DNA from: Promethearchaeota archaeon Loki_b31
Lineage (GTDB): Archaea > Asgardarchaeota > Lokiarchaeia > Sigyniarchaeales > SOKP01
DNA length: 28,175 nt
Direction: 5' to 3'
NCBI GenBank assembly: GCA_005222975.1
Contig: NJBI01000046.1
Coordinates: 1-28,175, forward strand
Translations under genes and position numbers: made by a program
The notes under the pieces: generated by a model
Seen by the model: the letters and a program-made list of their open reading frames with translations, nothing else
The model's database searches: none
What the model was told of the DNA's origin: nothing
Shown: one piece after another, positions 1-8,147 of the stretch
Layout: every line of letters starts with the position of its first letter
Position numbering within the stretch: the stretch's first letter is position 1

Positions 1-174
1 AATGCTTGAATGGTCGTCGTTTTCCTAACGAGGAAACATTACGGGAAGAGGTCCAAGCTTGGGTACATGAACGAAATAGGGAAAAAATTGGAATAAATTG
101 GAAATTTAGCAGAAAACAAGCAGAGGTGAAATTCAAGATTAAAAGTAAACCGAATTAAGTGAATTATGTACTAG
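1..174 (+). mobile_element. Right end of an IS630-family insertion sequence (truncated by window start)
   Basis: Transposase C-terminus ends at 158 and is followed at once by ...GAATTATGTACTAG (ends 174). A TA/CTAG-type end directly after the stop is typical of IS630 elements. Confidence 0.75.
3..158 (+). CDS. IS630-family transposase, C-terminal fragment (5' partial)
   Basis: Not in the ORF track. Frame 3 reads CLNGRRFPNEETLREEVQAWVHERNREKIGINWKFSRKQAEVKFKIKSKPN*, matching the IS630 C-terminal pattern CL-RR-----L--EV-AW---RN-----INW-F----A--K. Confidence 0.8.
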   Translation, partial: CLNGRRFPNEETLREEVQAWVHERNREKIGINWKFSRKQAEVKFKIKSKPN

Positions 175-250
175 TATGAAGAAAATATTAAAAAAGAATA
201 ATGTTTAATCGAAAAGGAATTAATTTTTATAATCCTTTTCACAAATCCTT

Positions 251-724
251 CTAAGGAATAATAATAGTTGTATCTTCTTTAATACGATCTAATACGATTT
301 GGGTCTTAATTTCTTCAACACCGGGAAGATTTCGCAATTTCTCAATTAAACCCATTGAATCTTCGTGATCCATACATTTAGCCATGATAAACAAGGGATA
401 TTCCCCCGTGACTATATACGCAAACTTGATTTTTTCCATACCTTCAATATGTCCCTTAATGCGTTCCAAAGGCTCAGAAGAGTTTACTCGTAATGAAGCC
501 ATTACCATTTCACGATATCCTAGTTGACGGCAATCTATTAAAGCTACGTATTTTTTTATATATTTTTCTTCTAACCTTACTATTCGAGACCTTATAGCAG
601 TCGGACTTTTTCCAACTTTATCAGAAATCTCTTTTATAGTAATTTTTGCATCATTTTGTAGTAAATCTAAAATGTCCCTATCAAATTCATCAATCTCTGA
701 ACGATTTAGGTTTGTTGTTGTCAT
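251..724 (-). CDS. Lrp/AsnC family transcriptional regulator
   Basis: IDEFDRDILDLLQNDAKITIKEISDKVGKSPTAIRSRIVRLEE HTH plus C-terminal RAM domain (VTGEYP); 157 aa. Confidence 0.95.
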   Translation of the reverse strand: MTTTNLNRSEIDEFDRDILDLLQNDAKITIKEISDKVGKSPTAIRSRIVRLEEKYIKKYVALIDCRQLGYREMVMASLRVNSSEPLERIKGHIEGMEKIKFAYIVTGEYPLFIMAKCMDHEDSMGLIEKLRNLPGVEEIKTQIVLDRIKEDTTIIIP

Positions 725-842
725 GTTATTAAGCCCATTTTAATTTGGAGTATTTTTAACTATATTTTTCTTATTATTTTTACATTTTTTTAAAAATTTA
801 AATCTCTAAATCTTTATTAAGTTTTTATTACTTATAATTTTT

Positions 843-870
843 TCACTAAAATCTCAGTTTACTTTAGTGA
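843..870. promoter_or_regulatory. Inverted repeat, candidate operator between divergent lrp and tusA
   Basis: TCACTAAA (843-850), 12-nt spacer, TTTAGTGA (863-870): a perfect 8-bp inverted repeat in the middle of the divergent intergenic region. Confidence 0.4.
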
Positions 871-1020
871 TTTTTTATTAATAAATCAATTTCTTATAGT
901 TAAAAGAACTACTATTTAAATATCCTTTTATATTTCTTTACTACAAAGATATCATAAATTAATTTATTGTAATATCAAAATAAAAAAAAATAGATAAAAT
1001 AACTATAAAAGTGGAAAAGA

Positions 1021-1245
1021 ATGGCAGATATAACACTTAATGCCGTAGGACGGAAATGTCCTATGCCGGTTTTAATGACAAAAAAGGAGTTAAAAAAAAT
1101 GAGTTCAGGACAGACTCTTGAACTTATTGTCGACGATACAGGTGCTATAAAGGATGTACCAGCGCTTCTGAGTAGAACTGGCGATGAATTATTGGAAACT
1201 AAAGAAGTTGGGAATCATTTAATATTTATGATCCAAAAGGTTTAA
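1021..1245 (+). CDS. tusA: TusA/SirA family sulfur carrier protein
   Basis: 74 aa with LNAVGRKCPMP (CPxP persulfide motif) and GQTLELIVDD...DVP. Confidence 0.93.
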   Translation: MADITLNAVGRKCPMPVLMTKKELKKMSSGQTLELIVDDTGAIKDVPALLSRTGDELLETKEVGNHLIFMIQKV

Positions 1246-1270
1246 GATTAGATTATATGAAGTGTTTAAA

Positions 1271-1687
1271 ATGGCTGAAAAAATGAGTTTTATTGTAAGT
1301 GATAAATCCTTCGAGAAATTTATGATGGCAACGATTCTTGGAACTACTGGAGCAGCAATGGACTCTGAAATGAACTTTTTCTTCACCTTTTGGGGTTTAA
1401 ACCTCTTAAAAAAAAGATTTAAGCCTAAGGCTACTGGCATGCCAACCAGCATGAAAGGGATGGGTGCTATGATGTTTAGGAAAAAGTTAGAAAAATTTGG
1501 GATTGATAATCCTTGGGAATTAATTAAGGACGCTGTTGAAGACGGAAAAATGAAGCTTTACCCATGTCAGATGACTATGGATTTAATGGGTATAAAAAGA
1601 GAACAAATGTGGGACTTTGTTGAAGATCCAATTGGAGCAGCAGGTTTCATGGAAATTAGCGAAGGAGCAAAAGTAATATCGTTATAG
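1271..1687 (+). CDS. DsrE/DsrF/DrsH-like (DsrE2-type) sulfur relay protein
   Basis: FFFTFWGLNLLKK and LYPCQMTMDLMGI motifs; follows tusA. ATG at 1271 preferred over GTG at 1262. Confidence 0.9.
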   Translation: MAEKMSFIVSDKSFEKFMMATILGTTGAAMDSEMNFFFTFWGLNLLKKRFKPKATGMPTSMKGMGAMMFRKKLEKFGIDNPWELIKDAVEDGKMKLYPCQMTMDLMGIKREQMWDFVEDPIGAAGFMEISEGAKVISL

Positions 1688-1703
1688 ATACTATTCTAAA
1701 ATC

Positions 1704-1712
1704 TTTTTTTTT
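1704..1712 (+). terminator. Archaeal oligo-T terminator candidate for tusA-dsrE
   Basis: T9 run starting 17 nt after the dsrE-like stop codon. Confidence 0.35.
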
Positions 1713-1812
1713 CTATCCATATTTCTCGGAAACTATAGGATGTAATGTAAGTTTGAAAGTTTGTCCCTTTTCTCAGGGAGAAGGAGCTTATCCAATTTAA
1801 TTATATGATCTA

Positions 1813-3195
1813 TTAAAAGTATTCGCGTCTTTCAGATGGATATATTTTGTGCTCTCTTGATAATATCCAAAATGTTTCTATGATAGATTTTCGAATATCT
1901 TCACACCCTACTGCTGGTGATCTTAAATTTCTAGTATTTTCATACGCTTCTCCTCTGCAACCTCCAGAACACCAAAATTTAACAGTACAATTTGAGCACT
2001 TATTATTTAATTTGCTTATATCATATGTTGTTCTTATTTTGTTTAAAATGGGGTTATTAAGCCAAATATAATTAAAGGATTGTGCATAGATGTTTCCAAT
2101 TTTAAACTCTGGCAAACAATGATTAGGGCAGGGGTAAACGCTACCATCACTATCAATCAAAATCGTTTTTAGCCCAGTACCACAATATAATACCTTATTT
2201 GAATAAGCACATGTTGCTTTCATAATACTATAGTAATCCCGTTTCAGATAATCTTTAGCTCTCTTTTCTTTCCTAATCAGTTTATCAATAGCTAATAATA
2301 GTGATTTCTTTTCTATTGGTTTTAGATTGAATTTTGCTTTTCCCATTATTTTTAATGGAATGTATCGCACTTCATTAGCTCCGAATGATAATCCTAAATA
2401 AAAAAAGTCTTCTATATCATGATAATTATCTTCATGAACGACCATTGAAATAATGGTGTAAACCCCTTCTTTAATTAAATACCTTATTCCATTAATCGAT
2501 TTCTCAAAATTACCTTTTCCCCTTAAGATACTATTAATCTCTTCACAAGAACCATCAAGCGAAACTTGTACTACTAGGTCGCTTTTTTTCGCCTCTTTTG
2601 CGAATGCTGGATCAATAAGTAATCCATTTGTTGAAACTATGACTTCCAAACCTAAGTTTTTCCCAATTTCTGCAATTTTAATAACTTTTTCTTTAGCTAA
2701 TAAGGGTTCTCCTCCCAATATTGCGAAATTAGCTTTTTTTGATAAGAATTTATTATTTAATGATTCTAAAACAAAATTTTTAAACTCGGGGATTCGCAAT
2801 GATTCACTGTTTTTATACGAATCCAAATAACAGTGTATACACCTTAAATTGCATTGACTAGTGAGATTAATTGTTAAATTTTCTAAAATTGGTTTAGAAA
2901 CATCGATAGAACTTTCCAGATTAGCTTTATTATGAGCTATCAACAATCCTTTTTTCTTTATATTAAAAATAAAAGAATTAATTTCTTGGAATTTCTTATC
3001 TTGTAATTCTGTAGAATACAGTTGTTTAATAATATCTTTCAGAGTACGAGAACCGTCAATTAATTTGATCAAATTATAAGCCTCCTCATCCACGACCATC
3101 CAGTGAGGTTGTTCTCTCCATATCAAAAGGTATCGAGTATCTCTCTCTTCAACAAAATCAGGTTGTTTAATTTTGTGGGTTTTTGCTAATATCAT
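1813..3195 (-). CDS. Radical SAM/SPASM peptide maturase with N-terminal PqqD-like RiPP recognition element (RRE)
   Basis: CNLRCIHC (CxxxCxxC), GGEPLL, STNG and VSLDG core motifs. SPASM: CGTG...GSVYPC...CSNCTVKFWCSGGC...C. The first ~88 aa (YLLIW..WMVVDEEAYNLIKLIDGSRTLKDIIKQL...FIFNIKKKGLL) have the three-strand/three-helix RRE pattern. Confidence 0.9.
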   Translation of the reverse strand: MILAKTHKIKQPDFVEERDTRYLLIWREQPHWMVVDEEAYNLIKLIDGSRTLKDIIKQLYSTELQDKKFQEINSFIFNIKKKGLLIAHNKANLESSIDVSKPILENLTINLTSQCNLRCIHCYLDSYKNSESLRIPEFKNFVLESLNNKFLSKKANFAILGGEPLLAKEKVIKIAEIGKNLGLEVIVSTNGLLIDPAFAKEAKKSDLVVQVSLDGSCEEINSILRGKGNFEKSINGIRYLIKEGVYTIISMVVHEDNYHDIEDFFYLGLSFGANEVRYIPLKIMGKAKFNLKPIEKKSLLLAIDKLIRKEKRAKDYLKRDYYSIMKATCAYSNKVLYCGTGLKTILIDSDGSVYPCPNHCLPEFKIGNIYAQSFNYIWLNNPILNKIRTTYDISKLNNKCSNCTVKFWCSGGCRGEAYENTRNLRSPAVGCEDIRKSIIETFWILSREHKIYPSERREYF

Positions 3196-3203
3196 CGCTA
3201 AAT

Positions 3204-3422
3204 TTAGGATCGATTTCTCATTACACTAATGAAACATGCAAGTAAAATACATAGTATTATAACACCAGCTATTGAAAAGATTGTGAGAATTACCTCACCG
3301 CGAGTAAATATTCCATCATAGAAATCTATTGTAAAACTCTGGGAAGGATCATGAGCAGCAGACACATAGTCTGGATGTAAAAACCTAGATAAGCCAATTG
3401 CAGCTTGGGCAATAATTTCCAT
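3204..3422 (-). CDS. Small protein with C-terminal TM helix; putative substrate/precursor of the adjacent radical SAM enzyme
   Basis: ATG at 3422 has AGGTGA (SD-like) just upstream (track start is GTG 3434). 72 aa, ending 8 nt before the rSAM start. Hydrophobic C-terminus VILTIFSIAGVIILCILLACFISVM followed by RNRS. Confidence 0.7.
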   Translation of the reverse strand: MEIIAQAAIGLSRFLHPDYVSAAHDPSQSFTIDFYDGIFTRGEVILTIFSIAGVIILCILLACFISVMRNRS

Positions 3423-3523
3423 ATTTATTTTCACCTTTTTTTTTCATTAATTTTTATAATAGAAATTATCACCAACTTTTATAATATAATATGGTATGAT
3501 TTTTTACAAAAAAAAATCTATTA

Positions 3524-4810
3524 CTAATTAATCTGATTTGAATCCTGATCATCTTCACGAGTAAGTTTATCATAAAGACTGAAGAATTCAGTTGTAAAAC
3601 CAACAGGAGCTTTAAGTAATTCAGATTTGAGTAAATTTAATTCGTCTTGATTTATAGTAATACTTTTTAATTTTTGCTCTATTTGTTTGGGTATTTCAAG
3701 GTACTTTGATTCTAACAAGATATCATCTTTTATATCCTCAATGAGCCTCATGGGAAAATTAGCAAAATATTTATCAATGAGCAGATAAGCGGGTTCATAT
3801 TTTTTAGGGTCTTTAACCCCCTTTTTTAAATTCAGTTCAAATAATGTTTCAAAATCTTCAATGAAATGTGATAATGAATTCCTCAGGAATTTGGAAGTTT
3901 TTGAAGACACTAACCCTACAGAGACATAATGAGATTCATGAATCATTAAGATCCCTTCTTTCAAATCGATGTCTAAAAGACCGCCTAAATTCATTACCTC
4001 AGCACTCATTAATTGAATTGCATTTAAAAACCCAGTAAAAACTTGCTCATTTATTTTTGATTTTGACCAATCGTGATCAAATAATGGGTAGCCGTTTTTG
4101 TCCCTTACGAGAATTCTATGAAGCATAAATGGGAATATGAATAGTATTTTTGGTTCATTGGTTATAACTAGTGTTAGCAATATTATACCTACGGCAAATA
4201 CAATATTTACTCCCAAAATCCATAAAGGGTGAATATAAACCAATAGGTTGATCAAACCTCTTACAACCATAAACGATGTTGCAATAAGAAATAGATTAGC
4301 TTCTTTTTTAATGAGAAAAGGGGCATTAACCCATGTTATTATTCCCCAATAACCAACTATCCCTATAAATAAAATATGAAATATCTCCGCAATCACTTTA
4401 AACCACCCTCCCCTTTGTATCATAAGAAATCTATCTTCATATCCTATAACTACAGCTTCCGGAAAAAACGCAAAAACACATAAAATTACACCTAAACAAC
4501 ATGTACTTACCAGACTAAAAGTGTTTACTTTTTCTCTCGTTATGTAGTTTATTCCTATTAGAAAGAAAATGGTTATTGGAAAAAGTAGAATCCCACTAAT
4601 AATTGTTAATATTTCACTGAGGAACAAGAAGGATAGTGCTTCAAGAAAATAAAACATGGCTATGCCTAAGATGCCTAATTTGATAAATATAAGATGAAAG
4701 ATTTTTTTTGTTTTTGGTGCTATTATGGTGATAATTAATGAAATTAATACCAAAGTTCCCACTGTCAGATCAATTGAGACGATGGGATTAAGATTTAATT
4801 GTACTAACAT
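3524..4810 (-). CDS. Seven-TM membrane protein with C-terminal cytoplasmic longin/roadblock-like domain
   Basis: Seven hydrophobic segments in the first ~218 aa. Then HRILVRDKNGYPLF...FTGFLNAIQLMSAEVM..GGLLDIDLKEGILMI...VGLVSSK...LRNSLSHFIEDFETLF (beta-beta-alpha-beta-beta-beta-alpha). Confidence 0.7.
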   Translation of the reverse strand: MLVQLNLNPIVSIDLTVGTLVLISLIITIIAPKTKKIFHLIFIKLGILGIAMFYFLEALSFLFLSEILTIISGILLFPITIFFLIGINYITREKVNTFSLVSTCCLGVILCVFAFFPEAVVIGYEDRFLMIQRGGWFKVIAEIFHILFIGIVGYWGIITWVNAPFLIKKEANLFLIATSFMVVRGLINLLVYIHPLWILGVNIVFAVGIILLTLVITNEPKILFIFPFMLHRILVRDKNGYPLFDHDWSKSKINEQVFTGFLNAIQLMSAEVMNLGGLLDIDLKEGILMIHESHYVSVGLVSSKTSKFLRNSLSHFIEDFETLFELNLKKGVKDPKKYEPAYLLIDKYFANFPMRLIEDIKDDILLESKYLEIPKQIEQKLKSITINQDELNLLKSELLKAPVGFTTEFFSLYDKLTREDDQDSNQIN

Positions 4811-4830
4811 AATTTATTCAACTTCCTTTT

Positions 4831-5568
4831 TTATTTAACTAAGTAATTTAATTTTTGATTGCGCGATAAATACTGAATTGCTTTAATAATGTGATGCTTA
4901 AGTTTTGAATTTAAAAATAACTCCCTATTGTCATTAATTAAATAATCATGTTCTATTAGAACTTTGATATGGTAATAAACATTTTCTCTGTTTTCTTGTA
5001 TTTCCTCGGATAATACTGGTCGAGTACTTCGTTCGTTCTCAATTAGATATCTTAGAATTTTATATCGAACCATATTTCTAGCAAGATAATAGATTTTGGC
5101 TATTTTTTCATCAATTTCAACCGGAATGAAAATCGTGTGATTCCCCAGATCAAAACTTTTTATCAAGTTAAATTTTAAGAGCATTTCTAAGTGCCAAATT
5201 AATTGCCCGACTCCAATAATATTTCCTTTCTCTATTATCATCAGATTTCTTTTAATCGCTGAAAAATGAAGTCCGATATTATTTTGGAGGAAATTATAAA
5301 TGAGGTTACGAATATCGCTATCTAAGATCGTATCTTTTGTGAATTTGGAACCATTAATAATTATCTTTTTATTAACTAGGTATTGAATGATTGTTAACAT
5401 ACCTTCACGCGGAATTTTCAGTTCTCTTTTAGCTCTTCTGTAAAGATATTCAATATTTAGTACCCTACCTTCATTTAACATTTCGTTTGCTATCTTGATC
5501 ACTTTTTTAACTGTAGGATGATCTATTCCTAGTGATGGAGCTAGTATTTCTAGATTCATAGAATTCAA
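4831..5568 (-). CDS. Tandem winged-helix (ArsR-like) transcriptional regulator
   Basis: RNLIYNFLQNNIGLHFSAIKR...LIWHLEMLLKFNLI and RYKILRYLIE...LSEEI....ENVYYHIKVLIEHDYL. Start is TTG 5568 or ATG 5559. Confidence 0.8.
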   Translation of the reverse strand: MNSMNLEILAPSLGIDHPTVKKVIKIANEMLNEGRVLNIEYLYRRAKRELKIPREGMLTIIQYLVNKKIIINGSKFTKDTILDSDIRNLIYNFLQNNIGLHFSAIKRNLMIIEKGNIIGVGQLIWHLEMLLKFNLIKSFDLGNHTIFIPVEIDEKIAKIYYLARNMVRYKILRYLIENERSTRPVLSEEIQENRENVYYHIKVLIEHDYLINDNRELFLNSKLKHHIIKAIQYLSRNQKLNYLVK

Positions 5569-5780
5569 AAGAACGTTTAATGACTTTGAGGTTTTATGAT
5601 TTTTTATGAAATTAACTATTTAATATTTATGCCCTTTAAATTAATTGCAGAGATGTAGATATTTTTAAAGTCCAGAAAGCCCTTGAAAATCAAGGTGTAA
5701 GAATAAAATGAATTGAGTGTTTTTTTTAAATCTTCATTTTTATTATGTTTAATATACTAAAAAAAAAAATTAATTTATGT

Positions 5781-7073
5781 TTATACTTCTCCTCCAGCTT
5801 TTCGTCTTCTAAGTAATAAAACAACAGTTAGAATAGCTACTCCGGAAACTATAGATATAACGATTATAATTATAACAACGAAATTATCAGGCGGTGGAAG
5901 ACTCTTAACTACATTCACGCTTTCAGACGCAAGATTGCCTAATGTGTCGTTAGCATAGAAAGTAATGGTAACAGATCCCTCTGATAAAGCAGTCCACGCA
6001 GATTGATCAATAGTTACAGTAGATCCCGTGAAGGTATAGTTATGTAATCCTCCGTCAAGTGTATACCATGTTTCATCCAAAGATTTATCGGTAATCGTAA
6101 CACTAAAACTTGGAGCACTAGTACCAAAAACATCATCTTCGGAAGGAGAATTAATAATTATTGATGGTGGTCCCTCTTCAGCTATCGGCAAGTAATCTAT
6201 ACTTCCCGCAGAACCTCCAATATATGTATATGGATTATCCACAATTCCATCATTAGGGCTTGTATCCGGCCCAGTATGATTATCCCAGTAATTACCTATT
6301 GTTGTAGAATTCCAATCATTATTCGAGCCATCATCATACGCATGTCTTTCATTACTCAAAAAAATATTCCTATATAATAAATTTCCAGTTGAACTTCCAC
6401 CAATATAGATACCAGTATTAATATTTTCAGTTATAACATAATCATAAATTGTATTATTATCAGCGTTAGATTCTAGAGCTATTCCATACCATCCACCGTT
6501 TCCGTTTACAGTATTTCCAATAATGATATTATTATCGCAATCTCCTATCAACCATATCCCATATTCTGAATAAACGGATATATTATTATTTGTAATAAAA
6601 GTGTTACTAACATCTATGTAAACTATACCGTAACCATTGAATATAATATCATTATCGAGAATTTGTCCATTAGTGACATTGTATAAATGAAGTCCCGCCC
6701 ATACAGGATGTGAATTTATAATTGTACAATTTCTGATGATAAAATGCTTTCTTGAATGAAAAATTCTAAGACACTCACCCATTCCTGAACTATACATGAA
6801 AGTTTCATCTTCAATGATATAAGGATCTCCTGAAGTACCAGATCCACCTCCAAACCAAGGTTGAGTAGCAGCCCATGACCAATTTGTTAAACTTCCTGGA
6901 AGATCGTTAATCTCGATATCGTAAGACAATCCGGAATTTCTTAATTCATATAACTCACTATTATTCTTTTTCATGGGAGCATGAAAAGAAAGAATAGAAG
7001 CGAAATTCAGCGTTATTAACAGAATTAATCCGAAGATTATTTTAATTTTCTTATTTTTTAATTTTTTATTCAT
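5781..7073 (-). CDS. Cell-surface protein: NosD/pectin-lyase-like beta-helix, Ig-like domain and C-terminal TM anchor
   Basis: Signal-like N-terminus; GSGTSGDPYIIE; repeated GI.L....NN.I..N units; GNYWD...DGIVDNPY; WYTLDGG...ITFYANDTLGN; TM helix followed by RRRK. Confidence 0.85.
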   Translation of the reverse strand: MNKKLKNKKIKIIFGLILLITLNFASILSFHAPMKKNNSELYELRNSGLSYDIEINDLPGSLTNWSWAATQPWFGGGSGTSGDPYIIEDETFMYSSGMGECLRIFHSRKHFIIRNCTIINSHPVWAGLHLYNVTNGQILDNDIIFNGYGIVYIDVSNTFITNNNISVYSEYGIWLIGDCDNNIIIGNTVNGNGGWYGIALESNADNNTIYDYVITENINTGIYIGGSSTGNLLYRNIFLSNERHAYDDGSNNDWNSTTIGNYWDNHTGPDTSPNDGIVDNPYTYIGGSAGSIDYLPIAEEGPPSIIINSPSEDDVFGTSAPSFSVTITDKSLDETWYTLDGGLHNYTFTGSTVTIDQSAWTALSEGSVTITFYANDTLGNLASESVNVVKSLPPPDNFVVIIIIVISIVSGVAILTVVLLLRRRKAGGEV

Positions 7074-7494
7074 ATAAAGTTCACCAAAAAAAGGGTTTAA
7101 AAATCAAGATTATATTATCTTATTTAAGCTTAATTCTTAATTCATTTAGGACAAAAATTTGATATCGTTATAGAATTATGAAAATTAGTTGGAAACCTAA
7201 AAGAAGCACAAAAACTTAGGAACTGATTTTCTCGAAGATGATGAGTTATGGCACCTGTATTTTGAAGCAGTAAAATAATTTTTTTAATTTTTATTATTCT
7301 TTTTTTTATTTTAATTGATTTAATGAATAACTGATTTCATTAGGACTAAACATAAATGTTTAGGGATCGATTTTACGAACTTAGTAATATTCCGTTTATT
7401 TCTCACATTTTAAATATTAAAAAAATTAGATCAACTTATTGAATTGATATGAGTCGAGAATAATATTTGAAGATAATATCCTACGATGAGGTAA

Positions 7495-8082
7495 ATGGGA
7501 AGAATAAAATCTTTTATCCTTAAATTATCAGTTGATATAAAAAGTTTAGGTAACAAAGATATTAACTTTATTCAGATGCGTCTTTTAGTGTCAAATATAA
7601 CTCCTGAATTTGAACAAAGTATTAAACAGAAAGTATCTCAAGGGATACTAAAAGCTGAAATTCGGGAAGCAAACATGGAAGATGTTGATAGTTTAATCAA
7701 GCTTCATGATCTCGCATGGCATTCGGCCCCAATGCCGTATAGACCTTTAGATAAAGAAAATATAGTTAAAATGCTCAAAGATGATGATATAATCTTCCTA
7801 ATCGCTAAAATTGAAGGAAAAGACAGTGGATTTGCCTTGATCTATTTTACAGGAACAGATAGAAAAATTAGTGTTATCGCGGGTTTGGGAATACTTCCAG
7901 AATTACAAAGAAAGGGATTAGGAACTATGTTAGGTTTAGCGAGCTGGGATTACTTTAAGAAGAAGGGAGTGAAAGAATTACGATGTAAGGTGTATAAAGA
8001 CAATAAAACATCCTACAATTTCATACGAAGTCTCAAGTTCGAGGAATATGATGAGGATTTCGTTCAATGGAAGCTTTTTTAG
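7495..8082 (+). CDS. GNAT family N-acetyltransferase
   Basis: IREANMEDV, motif A ILPELQRKGLGTML, and V...N..SYNF.RSL.F. Confidence 0.9.
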   Translation: MGRIKSFILKLSVDIKSLGNKDINFIQMRLLVSNITPEFEQSIKQKVSQGILKAEIREANMEDVDSLIKLHDLAWHSAPMPYRPLDKENIVKMLKDDDIIFLIAKIEGKDSGFALIYFTGTDRKISVIAGLGILPELQRKGLGTMLGLASWDYFKKKGVKELRCKVYKDNKTSYNFIRSLKFEEYDEDFVQWKLF

Positions 8083-8147
8083 CTGTTAGAGCCAATTTTT
8101 TAATTTATTACTTTAAAGTTTTTAATGATGTTTTAATCATTTAACTT

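Noticed and set aside
1021-1687. Selenocysteine recoding in tusA/dsrE
   Set aside because: The catalytic positions are TGT Cys codons and neither gene has an in-frame TGA.
1764-1779. Small hairpin TCCCT-TTTCTC-AGGGA between the dsrE and rSAM stops as a SECIS or ncRNA
   Set aside because: The stem is only about 5 bp, lacks SECIS core features, and no adjacent gene needs UGA recoding.
1021-3195. TusA/DsrE as sulfur donors for the radical SAM enzyme
   Set aside because: The genes are convergent, not operonic, and the enzyme is SPASM-type rather than a recognisable sulfur-insertion family. Adjacency alone is insufficient.
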